Assembly: GCA_017499595.2 (NCBI GenBank)
Contig: CM039001.1
Span: 1,054,001-1,118,000 of the forward strand
DNA length: 64,000 nucleotides
From: Psilocybe cubensis
Taxonomy: Eukaryota
Direction: 5' to 3'
Part shown: positions 41,924 through 55,471 of the stretch, piece after piece
Layout of the letters: every line of letters begins with the position of its first letter
Numbering within the stretch: position 1 is the stretch's first letter
The notes under the pieces: model-generated
Told to the model about the DNA's origin: nothing
The model's database searches: none
What the model saw: only the letters and a program-made list of their open reading frames with translations
Made by a program: the position numbers and the translations under genes

Positions 41924-44900
41924 CTATCCAAACTTCCATGGTGAACCTCCCCAATAACGCGGACCAATTTTACAGATTACTAAAATCCAAACAACAATCC
42001 GGCCACAGTCAAGGATTAAGTATGGCCTTCGAGACCCAAAAAGGAAGGCTGTTCCTGCCAGCGCAACGAACAACCAGCGGAATGACACACGTCGTTCGAA
42101 ACTGACACACAAAGATTGTTCAGCGTAGCTCATATCAATGATAATAGACATTCACCTTCTTCTATCGAATATTTGACCGGGTGTCCGTGACGCAAAGTCA
42201 GCAAACATAAGGAACGGCAGTACAGCAACAAAATTATGGTCTCCATCGAAGGGGGTGGTATAGCCAGCAGATAGTAGTGTCCGTACCCACACAGCAAGCA
42301 CTGGAGCGGTCAATGGCAGTAACCATGTCATAAGTAGTAATATATGGATGTTGAGGTTAAGGTTATTATTTTTTTTCTGACGCAGGTCAAGCGTCCGGTC
42401 TCCTTGATACTCTATGGCATCCTGTCTACCAGAACGATCGACGAGGGGTACTGCGTCAGTGTGATGTTCCAAATTCGCTTGCTGTTGAATTAAAGAAGCA
42501 CAAGTGTAGAGATGCAGCACCCAACAACCTAGATAAGCAACTTGCCAAGGAATGAAAAGGAAGATGGCGGCACAGATGATCGCCAAAGAAAGTAACGTGG
42601 TTCCAGGTACACCAACATTCTCGCGTCGACTAGTGATATCAGTTGTACTATTCATTGCTAAGGGAAAATGCTTGACTGACCTCCCAAACACAAAAACACC
42701 AACTTTGCCGGTGATGGCGAGAAGTACGCATAACAGCCACCAACTAACACACACAGTTCCGCTTGCGACAAACAAGAGAAGTGGTGCTAAGAGTGTTAAG
42801 AAAAATGTCCCATTGTTGCCCAGGTAGAGCATCACTGGAAGTGGCAAAGTAGCCAGAAAAAAAGATCCCGGAAGAAGAAAGCGAAATAAGAGTCGTGTGT
42901 AAAGGGATATGCTTTCTCCAATACCAGGAATCAACCCTGTTATATCAACTTGTCAATGGAGTTATATCAAAACAAAAGAAATAGGTCATTTACCGTTTGG
43001 ATCCGACTCTTGCTGAGACCATGCCAGGAAAATGATAATTGTTGCGACGCCAGCCGACCAGGCTACCAAAGTCGTCAAATACCGAGAAGCCCATCGACCC
43101 ATCGTTGCAAACCAATCTATGTCGAGGTTGAATGAGGAAAATTCGTCCCTACAGTCAGGCTCCGCAGAGGAATAAATGGTAAAATTCAACACAGAAGGCG
43201 GATGTCGGGATATATCAATAAAAGGTGCAGCCGTATGAGTGTGAAGCAAGATCCGTTTATTGGGAACTTGTGCCAATGAGAAGTAGTGAGTTTCTTCTGT
43301 TCCTGAAGTATGCATTAGTAAAGGTGGCATTAATGCCTCTGTCCCAGACTTCAGCGTAATTTCAGTGTCTCGGATAACTAGAGACAAACCGGTACAAGAA
43401 GGCATTGTAATCCTCTTGGGTACGATGCGATAAACAACCAGGGCATTCGATAATATATTGGGAAACGTGTATGAAACACTCAATCCTTCATGATTAGGTA
43501 TCGATATCGATATCGATCTAGTAAGCAAAGCTAAGCCAGATAATGGTTAATGAATCGCACAATTCAAGTAAACATGACAGGCTCACACCAAGTATTTGCC
43601 TCAATTATATTGGGTTTGATGGAATCAAGACCTGCATTCACCCAGCCTCGACCATCTGCATTCTTGACTTCAATGCCAATCCAATGGTGATTACTCCTTC
43701 GAGGTACGAAAGCCTCAAATAGAACGACGCCTTCAGATTCATCTGCGCCCTCCGATGCAGGAAACTCTACCCCTGGGACAGGATTGGGTATAAGTTTTAA
43801 CGTCTCTGGCTGAAGAGGCACACATTGCACAGATGTGATTGATTTAGAACAAGTGGAGACGTCGACTGTTAGTGCTACAGCCTTCTGAGGTGATACTGGA
43901 GCTATTGTACCACGAGATACCAGCAGAGTAAGTTTTTGAGCAAAAAAAGAATCTTCAGAAACAGGCAACAAATATGTCTTCATGGTATTCGGGTTTTTTA
44001 AAACCAGCTGCTTTCCTATCGGAAGAGATGTCGTATCTTTCAGCAAGACTTCGAATTCGCCGTCAACTCTAGCAATTGTTGGAGGAGAATGGCCATTTCG
44101 TAGCCATGTATCAAGTACGATTGCCCTCGCTTCTAGAGATTTCGCTGCACCAAGTTCAAGAGCAGCTCGAGCGACTCTCCAACGGACCTGATGACACCAA
44201 ACCATTGCTTGATGCCCTACGCCAGTCCATGCACCTTCCAAAGCAGAAGAAAAGACTGTCCTTCTGAATATATCCTTTCTAGCCATTGGTAAAATGCACG
44301 ATTCAGACGGAATCATCAAGTCTGCTGCACCTCCACAGATAGAAACTATTGGAGTATGATCCTCCTCAAGGGTCCGCTGTAACATTTGGTAGAGATCGTC
44401 GATACGAGAGTCAAATCGAGCTGGCGGTAGGGTATGGGGCGTTGACATGGTTATTACGGCGGATATTTCATCTGACGGCAGTAGCGCGGTAGCGACAATG
44501 CCTCCCATAGAGTGTCCCATAACGATGACAGAGGTTTTTGGGGGGTATAAAGAGAGTATGTATTTGATGGCCGCCTTGGTATATGTTACCTGGGATTCAA
44601 GGGTTGATCCATGGAATGCGGAAAGGTCTTCATTGAATTCCACTTAAATAAGTGCTTGTCAGTTTGATAAGGTAGCAAACGTCAACACGCGCACACGGAC
44701 CAGCATAGAAATCCAACGGCTTCAAAGGGCGCGTAATAAAGACTGGAGAAATTATATGAGGGGCAGAGAAGTATTGCTTCGAAGCAGACGATGCAATTGA
44801 TCGAATTTGGCGTGAAGACCCGGCGTTGCCTGGAATAAACAGCACAGGCAAAGAGCCCTGCCTCACTCCTTCTGACTGACGAGCGCGGAGTCATTGATCA

Positions 44901-45161
44901 GTCAAATATGATGTTTTCTAATATGACACAAACCTGAATAGGATCCCATGCAACCTCTCGATACAACCATAGTGAATACCTATGCGCTAGGGGACTCCAA
45001 CTAGAGTTGAAGTGATTCTGAAGCACATACGAAGGTGACATCCATGACATGCGACATCCTTGTGGCGAGAGGGTTTTAGGAATACCAGAACCAGCGAGAT
45101 AGAAGAAGAGGACTGCCACCAATGATGATGTTCCAAGAAAGAATCTCACAATCTTGGACAT
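41924..45161 (-). CDS. BST1: GPI inositol-deacylase (Bst1/PGAP1)
   Basis: CRMSWMSPSY, PVLFIPGNAGSSRQIRS, FNEDLSAFHG, VMGHSMGG lipase motif, TMSTPH, HQAMVWCHQ, multi-TM C-terminus. Confidence 0.93.
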
Positions 45162-45746
45162 GTATTAGGGGAGTAATGCAAAGTAAGCGTATATAAGCCA
45201 CAAGGTTTTGTGATCACGGATTCCACGGAAGGAAACAGCATGCACGGGAACAAATATTTGCACTTTGACTTATTCAATCAAAAGATATCTGGAGATACTC
45301 TTGCAAGGGTGATGAAACTTGGTAAGATATCTGAACAAGTGGTACAATGTTTGGTTTAGGGCATGCTACGCAGTGTACAAAAGGTTGTACGTTGTACGTC
45401 GTTGTAAGGTAAAAAAGAATGCACGATATCATTCATCTAAAATAGTGGCAAATAGTCCAACCCTACTAAATCCTCGTGATAAACAAATAAGCAAAAGGAG
45501 TCCAAGGACTTGATAAAGCATGTCTAAAAGAATAGAATGATCTTAAACTACGACTTTGCTGTGAAAAACAGCAACATAAAAATGATGGAAGACAATTTTT
45601 CGGTGAAATGGTATGAGTGATAGACTCGGAAGTGAGGAAATAAGTATGAGAAGCAGAAGTCTTAAATAATAAAAATAAGGTGAAGGATTCCGAAGATACA
45701 TCGGCGAAAAATTGAAGTCGGCGTAGTTCAAGATGTTGTAGAAGTA

Positions 45747-48314
45747 TCAACGTCGAACCATGAAGCGATAAGTTGAATATCCACCAATAAGAGCAAAAGC
45801 GGCGAGACAGGCAATGATTGATATAAACCAGGCATAACCAGGAACATCCTGACCTGGAACATGCACATTCATGCCCCAAAGTCCTATTGAAAAGAGTTTT
45901 ATTGACATTCACATGGGCTAGATAACAAAAGACAAACCAGTGACCAGATTCATAGGAATTAACACGGTACCCAGGGCAGTCAGCTTGCTGAGTACGTCGT
46001 TGATTTGATTATTAGCATCCGTCATCTCGATGGAGATTTGCGCAAGATAGTTGGAGTGCGATCGGGAAAGAATCTTTTCATAATGATTTAGATTCTGGGT
46101 CATGGTAATCAAATGATCCTATTTATCAAGAATGTGAGCAGAAGTCCATGGAATAGTGACTAAATTATAACAAACCTGGATATCAGACAGATAAAGGCCC
46201 TAAATGTCATAATTACTAGTGTAAATAATCAGGATGTATGAACATAACTCACGATGTCCGAAGTAGGTGCGACTCTCCAGTTCTCGTTGCACCTCTTGGC
46301 CAGTCCTTTAACAACGTCTGCTTTATTTCCCATCAATCTTAACAGACCCATAACCTTTTTGCGACAAGTTCCAATTCTCCTTAACATGTCACTTTGCTCC
46401 GCCTCTTTTAATATCAGTACCAACTCATCAATGCTGTCTACTTCATACTCAATTCCTTGAATCAATGGTCCAAATGCATCTGTAATGTCGTCAATGAGGG
46501 CGTACGAAATCCAATCGGATGTGACGCTGATGTAGTCTTTCAGCTGTTTGATACGACGGCGCACATTTTGGGGGTGTGGAGTGGGTCGGAAATGGAAAGA
46601 TAAGATGCCCTGACGGAAAACTATGATATACATGTTCAAGGGTTCAAGGTGGGTAGGACTGTATGGATCCTGATCGAAGGAGCGGAAACAGACGAGATAA
46701 TAATTGCGGAATAGCTCAATCTTTTCTCGGGTCTCTTCCATCAAGATATCTTCAGTTGTAAGGGGGTGAATCGAAAAAACCTAAAAAAAAATGTTGTAAG
46801 GCAATGTTAATCAGACACCGGAACGTAGACCCAACCTTGCTGAGCATTTTCATCTCCTCATCCGTTGGACTCTGTACGTCCAGCCACCAAGTATTGCCAT
46901 CCTGGTCATCTGATAACGTGTTCATTCCTCCTCCTCCTCCTCCTCCAGCGCCGACCTTTTCGCCAGTCCGTTTGTGTCCATTGTACCCGTTATCACGAGG
47001 CGGGAAATAGCCAACGCCTTCCCCTGGTGTCATTTGCTTCACATTATCGGAATGGGGAGGAGAAAAGGCTGCACCGCGGTCTTTTCCAGCTGTGCCTTCC
47101 ACCGAAGAGGCATGACCCATTGACGTCTCGTTGGGTGGGGCAGGCGAGCCAGAAAACAGTTGTTCAAAGGTTTGGCCCTCTGCAGGTAATTCACTAAGGC
47201 TGCGAGCGTGTATAGTTGCGCTAATTGCATTAGAATAGAACGAAAATCTGTAAGGCCGATCATGTCCAGTGTTCAGAATGCCGCCAGCGGGTCCTGTACG
47301 AGGGACACCAGCGATATGGTCATCGGAAGGCCCTGAAGTTATCGGGCCACCCTGATGTCCCAGAACAAGTCCTAGGCGAGCGGAGAAGGAAGGCGCATCC
47401 GTGGGAGCAGATTCAAAAAGAGCCATTTTTCCACCGATTCCTTTTCGATGTGAGCGAGGATGTGGGTTACTCTGACTTAGCTTACGGTGTCGTAGCGGGC
47501 GATCGGAATGTGTCTCCTCAAAAGCAGCAGCCGGGATAGAGTCTGTTTGCAAAGGAGCGAGGCTAGAACCTGATGCAACAGCAGCTTCATTCATCGACCC
47601 AGAAAGTTTGGAAACTTCGTGGGTTTGAGCATCAGGAGAGAATGCGGGAGGAGATTTGATGTCGTTATCAGGCTTCGAGCGCCCACGAACAGGATTGATT
47701 TGAAACCGAGTATTCAAAGGCGAAGTAAATCCCAGTCTAGTTTTTTCTGCAGCAGCCCATTCTTCCATGGGCGCAAAATCAAAGGCAGACTGGGAGACAT
47801 TTGCCTGGTAGGTTGGTAGTCCAAAATTACTGGATTGTGGGTCCTCTGTGGGATGCAATGGTAGTGATGGGTCGGAGCGATGCAAGGTTTGGGATTCATG
47901 AATAGAAGAAATAGCCCGATCCCCATCGGTAGCGTTTTCAAAGACTGTATCCTCCCCAACAATGTCATCCGTCATTTCACGCCCCTCTTCACCAGGGGAC
48001 CCCAGTGGCGGAAAGGAGTGGTCAGAGAGAGGTTGCTGCTGACCAGACAGTGTACCTGGACTCGAAAATGTGGCCACTGGAGATGAATGAAGTGTCTCTC
48101 TCCGTGCTAAAGAGAGTTGCATAGCCATATCAACGTCCATGGTTCGTTGTCTCTCCCTCACCTGAGGATCATTGGGATCAAACGAACGGGTCAGTGTTGG
48201 AGAATGTCGGGCGGGTCGAATGGAAGTTCGATCGCTAATTTCACTAGGTGAAAGACTCCGCCGACGAGTAGGCGAAATCGACACGGGTGAACTCACAGTC
48301 CCAGGCGAGGACAT
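45747..48314 (-). CDS. CorA-family Mg2+ transporter (Alr1-like) with long disordered N-terminus
   Basis: WWLDVQSPTDEEM, IHPLTTEDI...EKIELF, DWISYALIDDITDAF, PMNLVTG|LWGMNVHVPG (GMN signature); stop TGA at 45747. Confidence 0.92.
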
Positions 48315-48420
48315 CGTAGATCCACTGCAACCTTGAAGTTGCGTGCAACTAAGCATACACCCATTCACCTGCTACCAATCTCGTCACGTCATGTAAATAC
48401 AAAATTAATCTGTTTCAACA

Positions 48421-48506
48421 GCCCCCGTTGTCTAATGGTTATGACGTCAGACTTCTACCGAATGAGCGGTATCTGGAGGTTGCGGGTTCGAATCCCGCCG
48501 GGGGTT
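48421..48506 (+). tRNA. tRNA-Arg(UCU) with a 13-nt intron after position 37
   Basis: Acceptor stem GCCCCCG/CGGGGGT, D-loop TAATGG, anticodon arm TCAGA-CTTCTA-[ccgaatgagcggt]-A-TCTGG, T-arm GCGGG-TTCGAAT-CCCGC, downstream T-run. Confidence 0.92.
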
Positions 48507-49223
48507 TGTCTTTTGCTCTAGCCACCGAGTGCAATCAGTAGACCGCCCGGCCAAATGTTTCAACCCTTCTATCTCTACATTGGAGCAATATAAACATTAC
48601 GACTTTCACTTGGGAGTCTGCAGCTCCCAACAATTCAAAGAAACTGTTAAGAGCCATATGCGCTCTTCTACCCATCATCACCATAACAAACAACGCCAAT
48701 TACAGCTTTTAAGGTGATAACAGAATTTCATTATTTGTCGCATCTTATCTTGTCATGTTTCTCTTTCCCTCGCCTCCAAGCCTGAGATTTCTTTTTTCTT
48801 CGTCTCTCAACCCTCGAGCACCGAAATCTCTGCAAGATTTTTTGCGTTTGGTAGAGCCACATCGGAACTCTCGTTTCCGTATGGTTTCGTTGAGACCTTT
48901 GGTTTCCCCAAGTTACCCTCTCCAAATTGTCTCCAAATCAATCTATCTTCATCGCCAATTCATCGCGTCACATCGTACGTTCAATCACGTGACCTTCGTT
49001 TCAACTTTTCCAGTCACTTTTCGACTCGCCGCCAATGCCCCACGCACCCATGAAAATTCCAGTTACTAAGAATATTCTGCACGTTTTTCAATATCTCATT
49101 AGATCTCAGATCATACTTATTTTCAATCTCTCATGTATCTTCGACCGACATCACCTAGTAACATCTATTTAGCGCCCTATTAGCGCCCATGAAATATCAC
49201 CTACATTTCTACTTCGCATATCT

Positions 49224-49310
49224 GCCCCTGTTGTCTAATGGTTATGACGTCAGACTTCTATCCCATAGCATCGTATCTGGAGGTTGCGGGTTCGAATCCC
49301 GCCAGGGGTT
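49224..49310 (+). tRNA. tRNA-Arg(UCU) with a 14-nt intron, second copy
   Basis: Same cloverleaf as the first copy; acceptor stem GCCCCTG/CAGGGGT; intron tcccatagcatcgt; downstream TTTT. Confidence 0.92.
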
Positions 49311-49682
49311 TCATTTTGGCATTGCCCAATGGTATTTTCGATTTCTTTTCTCATTGATGTCGGATGAGCAATCAACTAGACTTTCTGAAGCCTTAGTAAT
49401 TAAATAAATGGAAGTGGAGGATATATATTGGTATGCAGTTTGTGTAGGTTAACAGAGACAATGATGCTAATAGATACAAGAATTGAACTAAAGAATGAAA
49501 TTGATGTCGTTAATGTAATTAATGGTGGTAAAAGTAGAAGATAAACCCAAGCCCATAGAATGTGAAGATATGAATAATACAAAGTCAGGAGAAAAAAGGA
49601 AATGCGATGATTAAAGTAACGAGCAGGATGTATTCCCCCTGATCTAATTGATACAATGCAATGACATCCTTCTAGCCAGTGA

Positions 49683-52289
49683 CTACAGCGTCCGTGGTTC
49701 ATCTGTGTTCGTTCCAGTATGAAGATGGTCGTCATCATCATGGGTGAAATACCTGTCCATATCGGATACGTCGAACTCATCCTCTCCATAGGCACTGTTC
49801 CTCTCAGGCCGTCTTCTGCTTGATGCTTCTTCCGCTTTAGCCTTGGCCTCTGCTGCAGCAACGGCCACACCAGCACCCTTTCCACCGAGTTTGTATATCC
49901 TCTTCCTTTTCGCCTTGATATGTCCTCTGTCGCCGTTAGGCCCTCCTGCGCTGCCTGATCCTCCTACGTTTGCAGAGTGTACGCCAAATCCGTAGCTTGC
50001 GCCAACGCCGACTATACCCACAGAGTGTGTACGCGGCGGTACGCTCCGCACCGTAAAATGAGAGAGATCGCGGGTGTACGGGCTGAGTGTATGATTAGAT
50101 GTACTCAGCGTGCTCAACTGGTGTATGGAGGAGGAGCCTGAGGACGGCCGTAACACGATCTTGTGTGCAGGCCGGAACGCCGGCACCACTTGCGGCTGGT
50201 TTTGAGTGTTTGTTGTGGAGTGAAAGTTGGTATGTGTGTTAAGGGGCGGTCGTGGGTGGTACTGTTTTGATGGAGATGCAGGAGTAGATGCTGAGACTGA
50301 AATGGAAGGAGAGAGAGAAACTGAGCCGGAATGGGTGGGTGACAGTGGGGGTTCAAGAAGCGGAGAGACCGTTAGCGAGGAGGATTTGACTGAAGATGAA
50401 ACGGGGGCTCGCTGTACCCGCATATGGTCGCGATCGCGTTGGATACGATGTTCTGCATCTTGGATATATGGATAGGGATGTTCTGTGAAATGATGTTCGT
50501 ATTCATACTCATAATTCGGAGGAAGCTCAAAATAGGCACGTCCTGCGGCAGTAGTCGCAGTGCGATGGCTGATCCCGGATAAGACAGTCGCATCAGAAGC
50601 GGAAGACATTCGTCTCTGGCCTAGTCCACGCTGCATATATAGAGGCGAAGAGGATTCATTCTGCTTCACACCTGAAGCATTGATTTCAGAAGCTAACGAG
50701 GAGGCGCGCGAATACGGGTAACTCAGCCCTGTTAAACGCCGCGAGAAGGGAGCAGCCGACGCAGAAGTCGACAGCCCGCTACTTGATCTCGATGTAGGCG
50801 GAGAATCTATGCTATCAGGCGTCCGCGGTCGGCCTAGTATAAAACTCCCAGCAGTATTCCTATGTGTACGTGGATACATGCCAGGACGCTGTGTGTACGA
50901 TCCCGGAACCGGCGCGGTACGTAGTGGCACGCCTGCCGTACTTGATGCTGAGCTATTCATGTGCAGATGTATATTGGGATGAGAAGCTGATAAAGACGTA
51001 TGGCGTCTGCTGCTTGTATTGCTACTGGGTGGAGGCGGGTGTGAGGGATTGAGAGAAGATATGGAACGAGAGAGGCCAACTTGTGATTGAGAGTGGAAAA
51101 CGCGGGGTCGTGTGATAGTTCCCCCTCCAACAGCAGGAATAGTTTCGTACTCTGGTGTTGTCGTAGTGGAGGTCTCCTGTCGTTCCACAGCGGGAGAATC
51201 ATCCCCCCAATCAACAAAGTCAAACGAATCAAGTTGTTCCTCGTCATCGTATTCGCTAAATTCGCTATTGAGGCCTGTACTGCTCTTGTCGTCAATTTCT
51301 TCTGCAAGATCTGCTAGTCCTTTGTTCGGGGTAAAGAGACTACTAAAGCTTTTGAAGACGCTTTTGGTGGGGAGTCCTTCCGGACGGAGACCATAAGTAG
51401 GATCAAAGTTTTCTAGATCAGGATGTGAGGACGGGGAAGGTTCCGGAGGTGTAGGCGGTTTTTGTAAAGGCGGCGTGGTTGGTCGGCCCGTAGAAGTCGA
51501 CAGTGGGCGGCTGCGATAAGAAGCAACAGAACTAAGAGAGTTCTTATGATGTAGGTGTTGTGTAGTGGAGAGATATGGAGCTTCTACTTTAGCCTTCACC
51601 CATTGTTGACTGAGACGGTGTATGATACCGGGCAGATCCTCTCTAAACATCTGTCTGAGTTGTCCCTCAATCTCTCGCTGAATGAAGTTCTGGATGACGG
51701 CGATTGAGTCGAATGTGCTGTTGATATCAACGTGTTGGAGAGGGTCTGTTTTGAAGACGAGAGTTATGCCTTTTTGTTTGGAAACCACGAGGACGACGTA
51801 GGAACTGAGACGGAAGTGGGAAAGGCGCAAAAGCATGGGTACGACCAATGGATGCTTGGCTGCTAGCATACCTCTCGATCCAGCCATTAGATGAATGTCA
51901 GGCTGCTTGTGGTTCAACGGATTTGCCTACAGAAAAGATGAGCGACAGACGGAAGGAAAAATGAAGAAAAAAAACACACCTGAACCTTTGTCTTGAGGAC
52001 GAGGTGGGCGTCTCCGGTATATGTCATGCGAAATATGCCTCTAAACTGATCCATGGTAAGGTCGCCAATGTCGCGAATCTCGAGCTCTGGGGGCTTGAAA
52101 GGCGATGAAATACGGAACTGAGTAAAAATAATGCGACTGTACCTGAGATCCCATTTCGAGCTCGACAACCTCTATCTTGTCTGCTATGATGGGTGGTTTG
52201 TTGCCTTTGTTGAGGGCAGTGTTGAGCATCTGGATGGCATCGTAATGGAACTGGTCTGAGAATCTTGGCCAGTTGAAGGTGAACGACAT
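49683..52289 (-). CDS. MDM34: ERMES subunit Mdm34 (SMP domain plus long disordered tail)
   Basis: [79 protein letters not shown]. Confidence 0.93.
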
Positions 52290-52377
52290 TGACAGAGACT
52301 AGAAAGCCGACCTGCTGGTTGCCATACGTCAGGATCCAGTCTAGGGTTAGGGGTAACCACTCTGTCCTTCCACCACC

Positions 52378-54947
52378 ATGAACCGCGTCCTCGCTGCAGA
52401 GCCACCGCAGCGCCAGCGTACATGGCCTCCGTCGTCCCCGTCGACAGAGCTCTCCCAGCCGCCAAGTCGCAAGAGCTCTGTCAGGAAATCAAAACAGCAG
52501 TCGCCCCCGGTCCCCGTGAATACCAGAGACGAACTTCTCCTTAGCCTCATGGCAAGCGAAGCCGCAATCGACAGCAGAAGCTTCGAAATACTATCTGCGG
52601 AGCAGGTCGACGATCTAAAAAAGGTTTTGTTTGCTCTGCATCCATTATCATTCTGCAGACTCATGTAAAGGTATTCTAGGAACATCAACTCCTTTCCCAA
52701 CGCCAGGAGGCTCTTTCTCAGAAACTATCCACCGAAACCAAAATTCGTGATGCTGCTCTCTCCCTGGCACGCATCAATGCGTCCAACAGTGCAAAGCAGC
52801 AGCAAACTGCCGAGCAGCTCGATGTCGCTAACAGCCGTGTCTCCCAAACCCAGTCGGAACTCTATCGCGTTTCTACCTCTCTTGCTCAGCTACATGCAAC
52901 CCTTATGGAGCACCGCGCCGCTGTGCTTAGCTTCTCCGTCAGATCTTTGGAACACAAGCTTTCAGGGGCAACTGGTGCGGACGACTCAGGGTATGACTCC
53001 TCCAATCGCAGCACCCTCACTAGCCCAGCTACCACCTTCTCTGTACTTTCCTCGCCGTCATCGAGTAAATTTGAGGGCGCCCACTTTTTCGCAGGGCATG
53101 CAGATGCAGTCGTGCCTAGACGTAAACTGTCTCCTGAGGCAGCGGCAGCGGAGATCCAGGCGCTGCAAACCAAATTGGCTTCCGCAAAGGAGGCTCTGGA
53201 GGCGGCAGGAAAGAAGCAGGCTGATATGTCCCGCGAACTCTCTATGATCAAACTCGAAAAGCAAGAAATTGAAACAATGTTTGCATTGGAGAAAGAGGAT
53301 CAGCTTTCTGAAATCAACAGATTCAAACGTGAAAAGGACGAATGGGAGAGGCAGAGAACGCAGTTGGTCAAGGCCGAAGGAGATGCAGAGGTCCTGCGCC
53401 AGCAATTGGCTGATATCGAGGCAAAATCGAACGGAGAGAGCGCTGGGTTGCGTGCACAACTTGAGGAACGGGAACAGGAAATCGAGGAGATGCGCCGTGC
53501 ATGGGAAGAGGAGCGTCAGATGTGGGAGGATGAAAAGATGGAAGACCTCGCGAGGCTCCAGGAAGAGTTTGATTCTCGTGGAGATCAGCCCAACGAAGAG
53601 CTTGAAGCAGGCCTTGCTTCAATTCAAACAATAGTCAAGAAACATGGCGTTGCGCTGTATTCTAGGGACAACTCGTTGCTCGGCTTGTTGGATTCGGTGA
53701 GCACGCATTTGGACGGCGTGCAGACGAAGCTGGAGGAGTATTCACGAAAGGAAGCTGAATGGGACACTCTACGACGGAAACTTGAAGACGATGTTCGGAA
53801 TGGACTAGATAGGCGCGAGGCGATGGCTAGAGAGCTTGAGGATGTCAGGCGCGAGCGAGATGTTATTAGAGACCAGTCGTCACTGCGCATGTCTTCCGTG
53901 CCAGAGTCGCCATCGTCATCATTTGCGGATGTCGAACGCCTCTTACAACCTCTATGGGCAGTCCTCCCGTCGCCTGAAGCGCGTGCCACCAAGTTTGGGG
54001 CTACGCGCTCCTACCGTACCAATTCTCCAACGCCAGGCACACCAGGTGGCCCCAACTCCAATGCACTAAGCCCAGCACAAATATCAGGCGTCGTCACCTC
54101 GCTGTCGGACCTCGACGTACGCTCGCTCAAGTCGCTCTATGCCGACAACTCACGAAACAATGGTTTCAGCACACCATCATCATCACCCCACATGTCCCAT
54201 CCCCCTCAACAATTGCAACCATTTAATCTGGAGGCATTTGCTCAACGGGTGCAAGCATTGATTGCTGATGATCGTTCACTGATCGAGCGACTCATTCGAT
54301 TCGCTCAGGCCCATGACCTTCTCAAAAAGAATGCAGAGCGCGCACAGAAACTCGCGCAGGATAGTACGCATGCGCTCGAGACGTATCAGAAACAGGTTCG
54401 CGCTCTGGAGGAAAGGAATCAAAACTTGGGGGGCCGTATCGTGGCTTTGTAAGTTCACCACATTTTTTGCCTCTGTTTTGGAAGATTTGTCCTTTGTCCG
54501 CGTTCGTGGTTATGAACACCTTTTTGACTTCATTTATCATCCAGGCAAGAAGAGATACAAAATCTTCAAGATACCGTCGAGCGACTTGAAACCGAAAAAC
54601 GTGAACTCGAGAACCTCGCAGCTGAGCAAGGCGAGACATGCCGGCAGCTCTCTGAGGCGAACGATACACTTTCTACACGCACTCTCGCACTTGCAGAAGA
54701 GGCTGCTCAGGCGTCCGCCATAGCGCGTACACAGCTTACAGCACAGGCCAACCAGCACGAAAAAGAGATAGCGGCACTCAATGCGAAGCTGGAAGAGATG
54801 AAACGTGAGCTGAGTCTAGCACAGGATGAGGTAGAAGCTATGAGGACATCGGAACAGAGTCAACGCATCGCCCTTCTCGACGAGCTCAATTCAATGCAGA
54901 CGGAGAATGGTAGTTTGCGGGCTCAGTTGAGGGCCGCAAAGAAGTAA
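52378..54947 (+). CDS. Coiled-coil protein with Up-regulated during septation 1 (Uds1)-like domain, 3 exons
   Basis: LLLSLMASEAAIDSRSFEILSAEQVDDLKK|EHQLL...ETKIRDAA...LMEHRAAVLS, then long E/K/R-rich heptads; stop TAA 54945-54947. Confidence 0.8.
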
Positions 54948-55471
54948 GGGAGCGCTCAGATGGATAATTCATTGAAGAGGTTGTCGTTGTCGGTTGTGGC
55001 AGCGTAATGACACGGCTGGTTCCACATATGTTGCCCCCCTGTTTTGTTCTTTTCTCATTAGCATTGCTTTCTTGCTTATTACCCCGCTATTATTCTTACC
55101 TGTCATGTATTCCGACCTCATCGTCCCACTTCCGCACCTTTCCACTTTTGTTTATTTGCTTTGTTCTTTGCTTCTCGCCTTGGACGTTGGACGAACCAGT
55201 GATGAACCCTCCACGATCTTTCATTCTCTCATATGCCATCCCACCATCCCAATATCATACCAAATTATATATACCATAGCACGATACCAATCATATAAAT
55301 TAATACTTCTCTGCTCGATGTTGGTTATAAAGCATTTGTAATAGTATACTACTTCAATGCACTGAAAGCCTTTGGATGAGACACTCTGACAAAAGGCCTG
55401 CATATTCCACAAACACAGATGAAACGTATGAATGGGAATAGAAAGACTAATAATACAACACAACCAGAATC

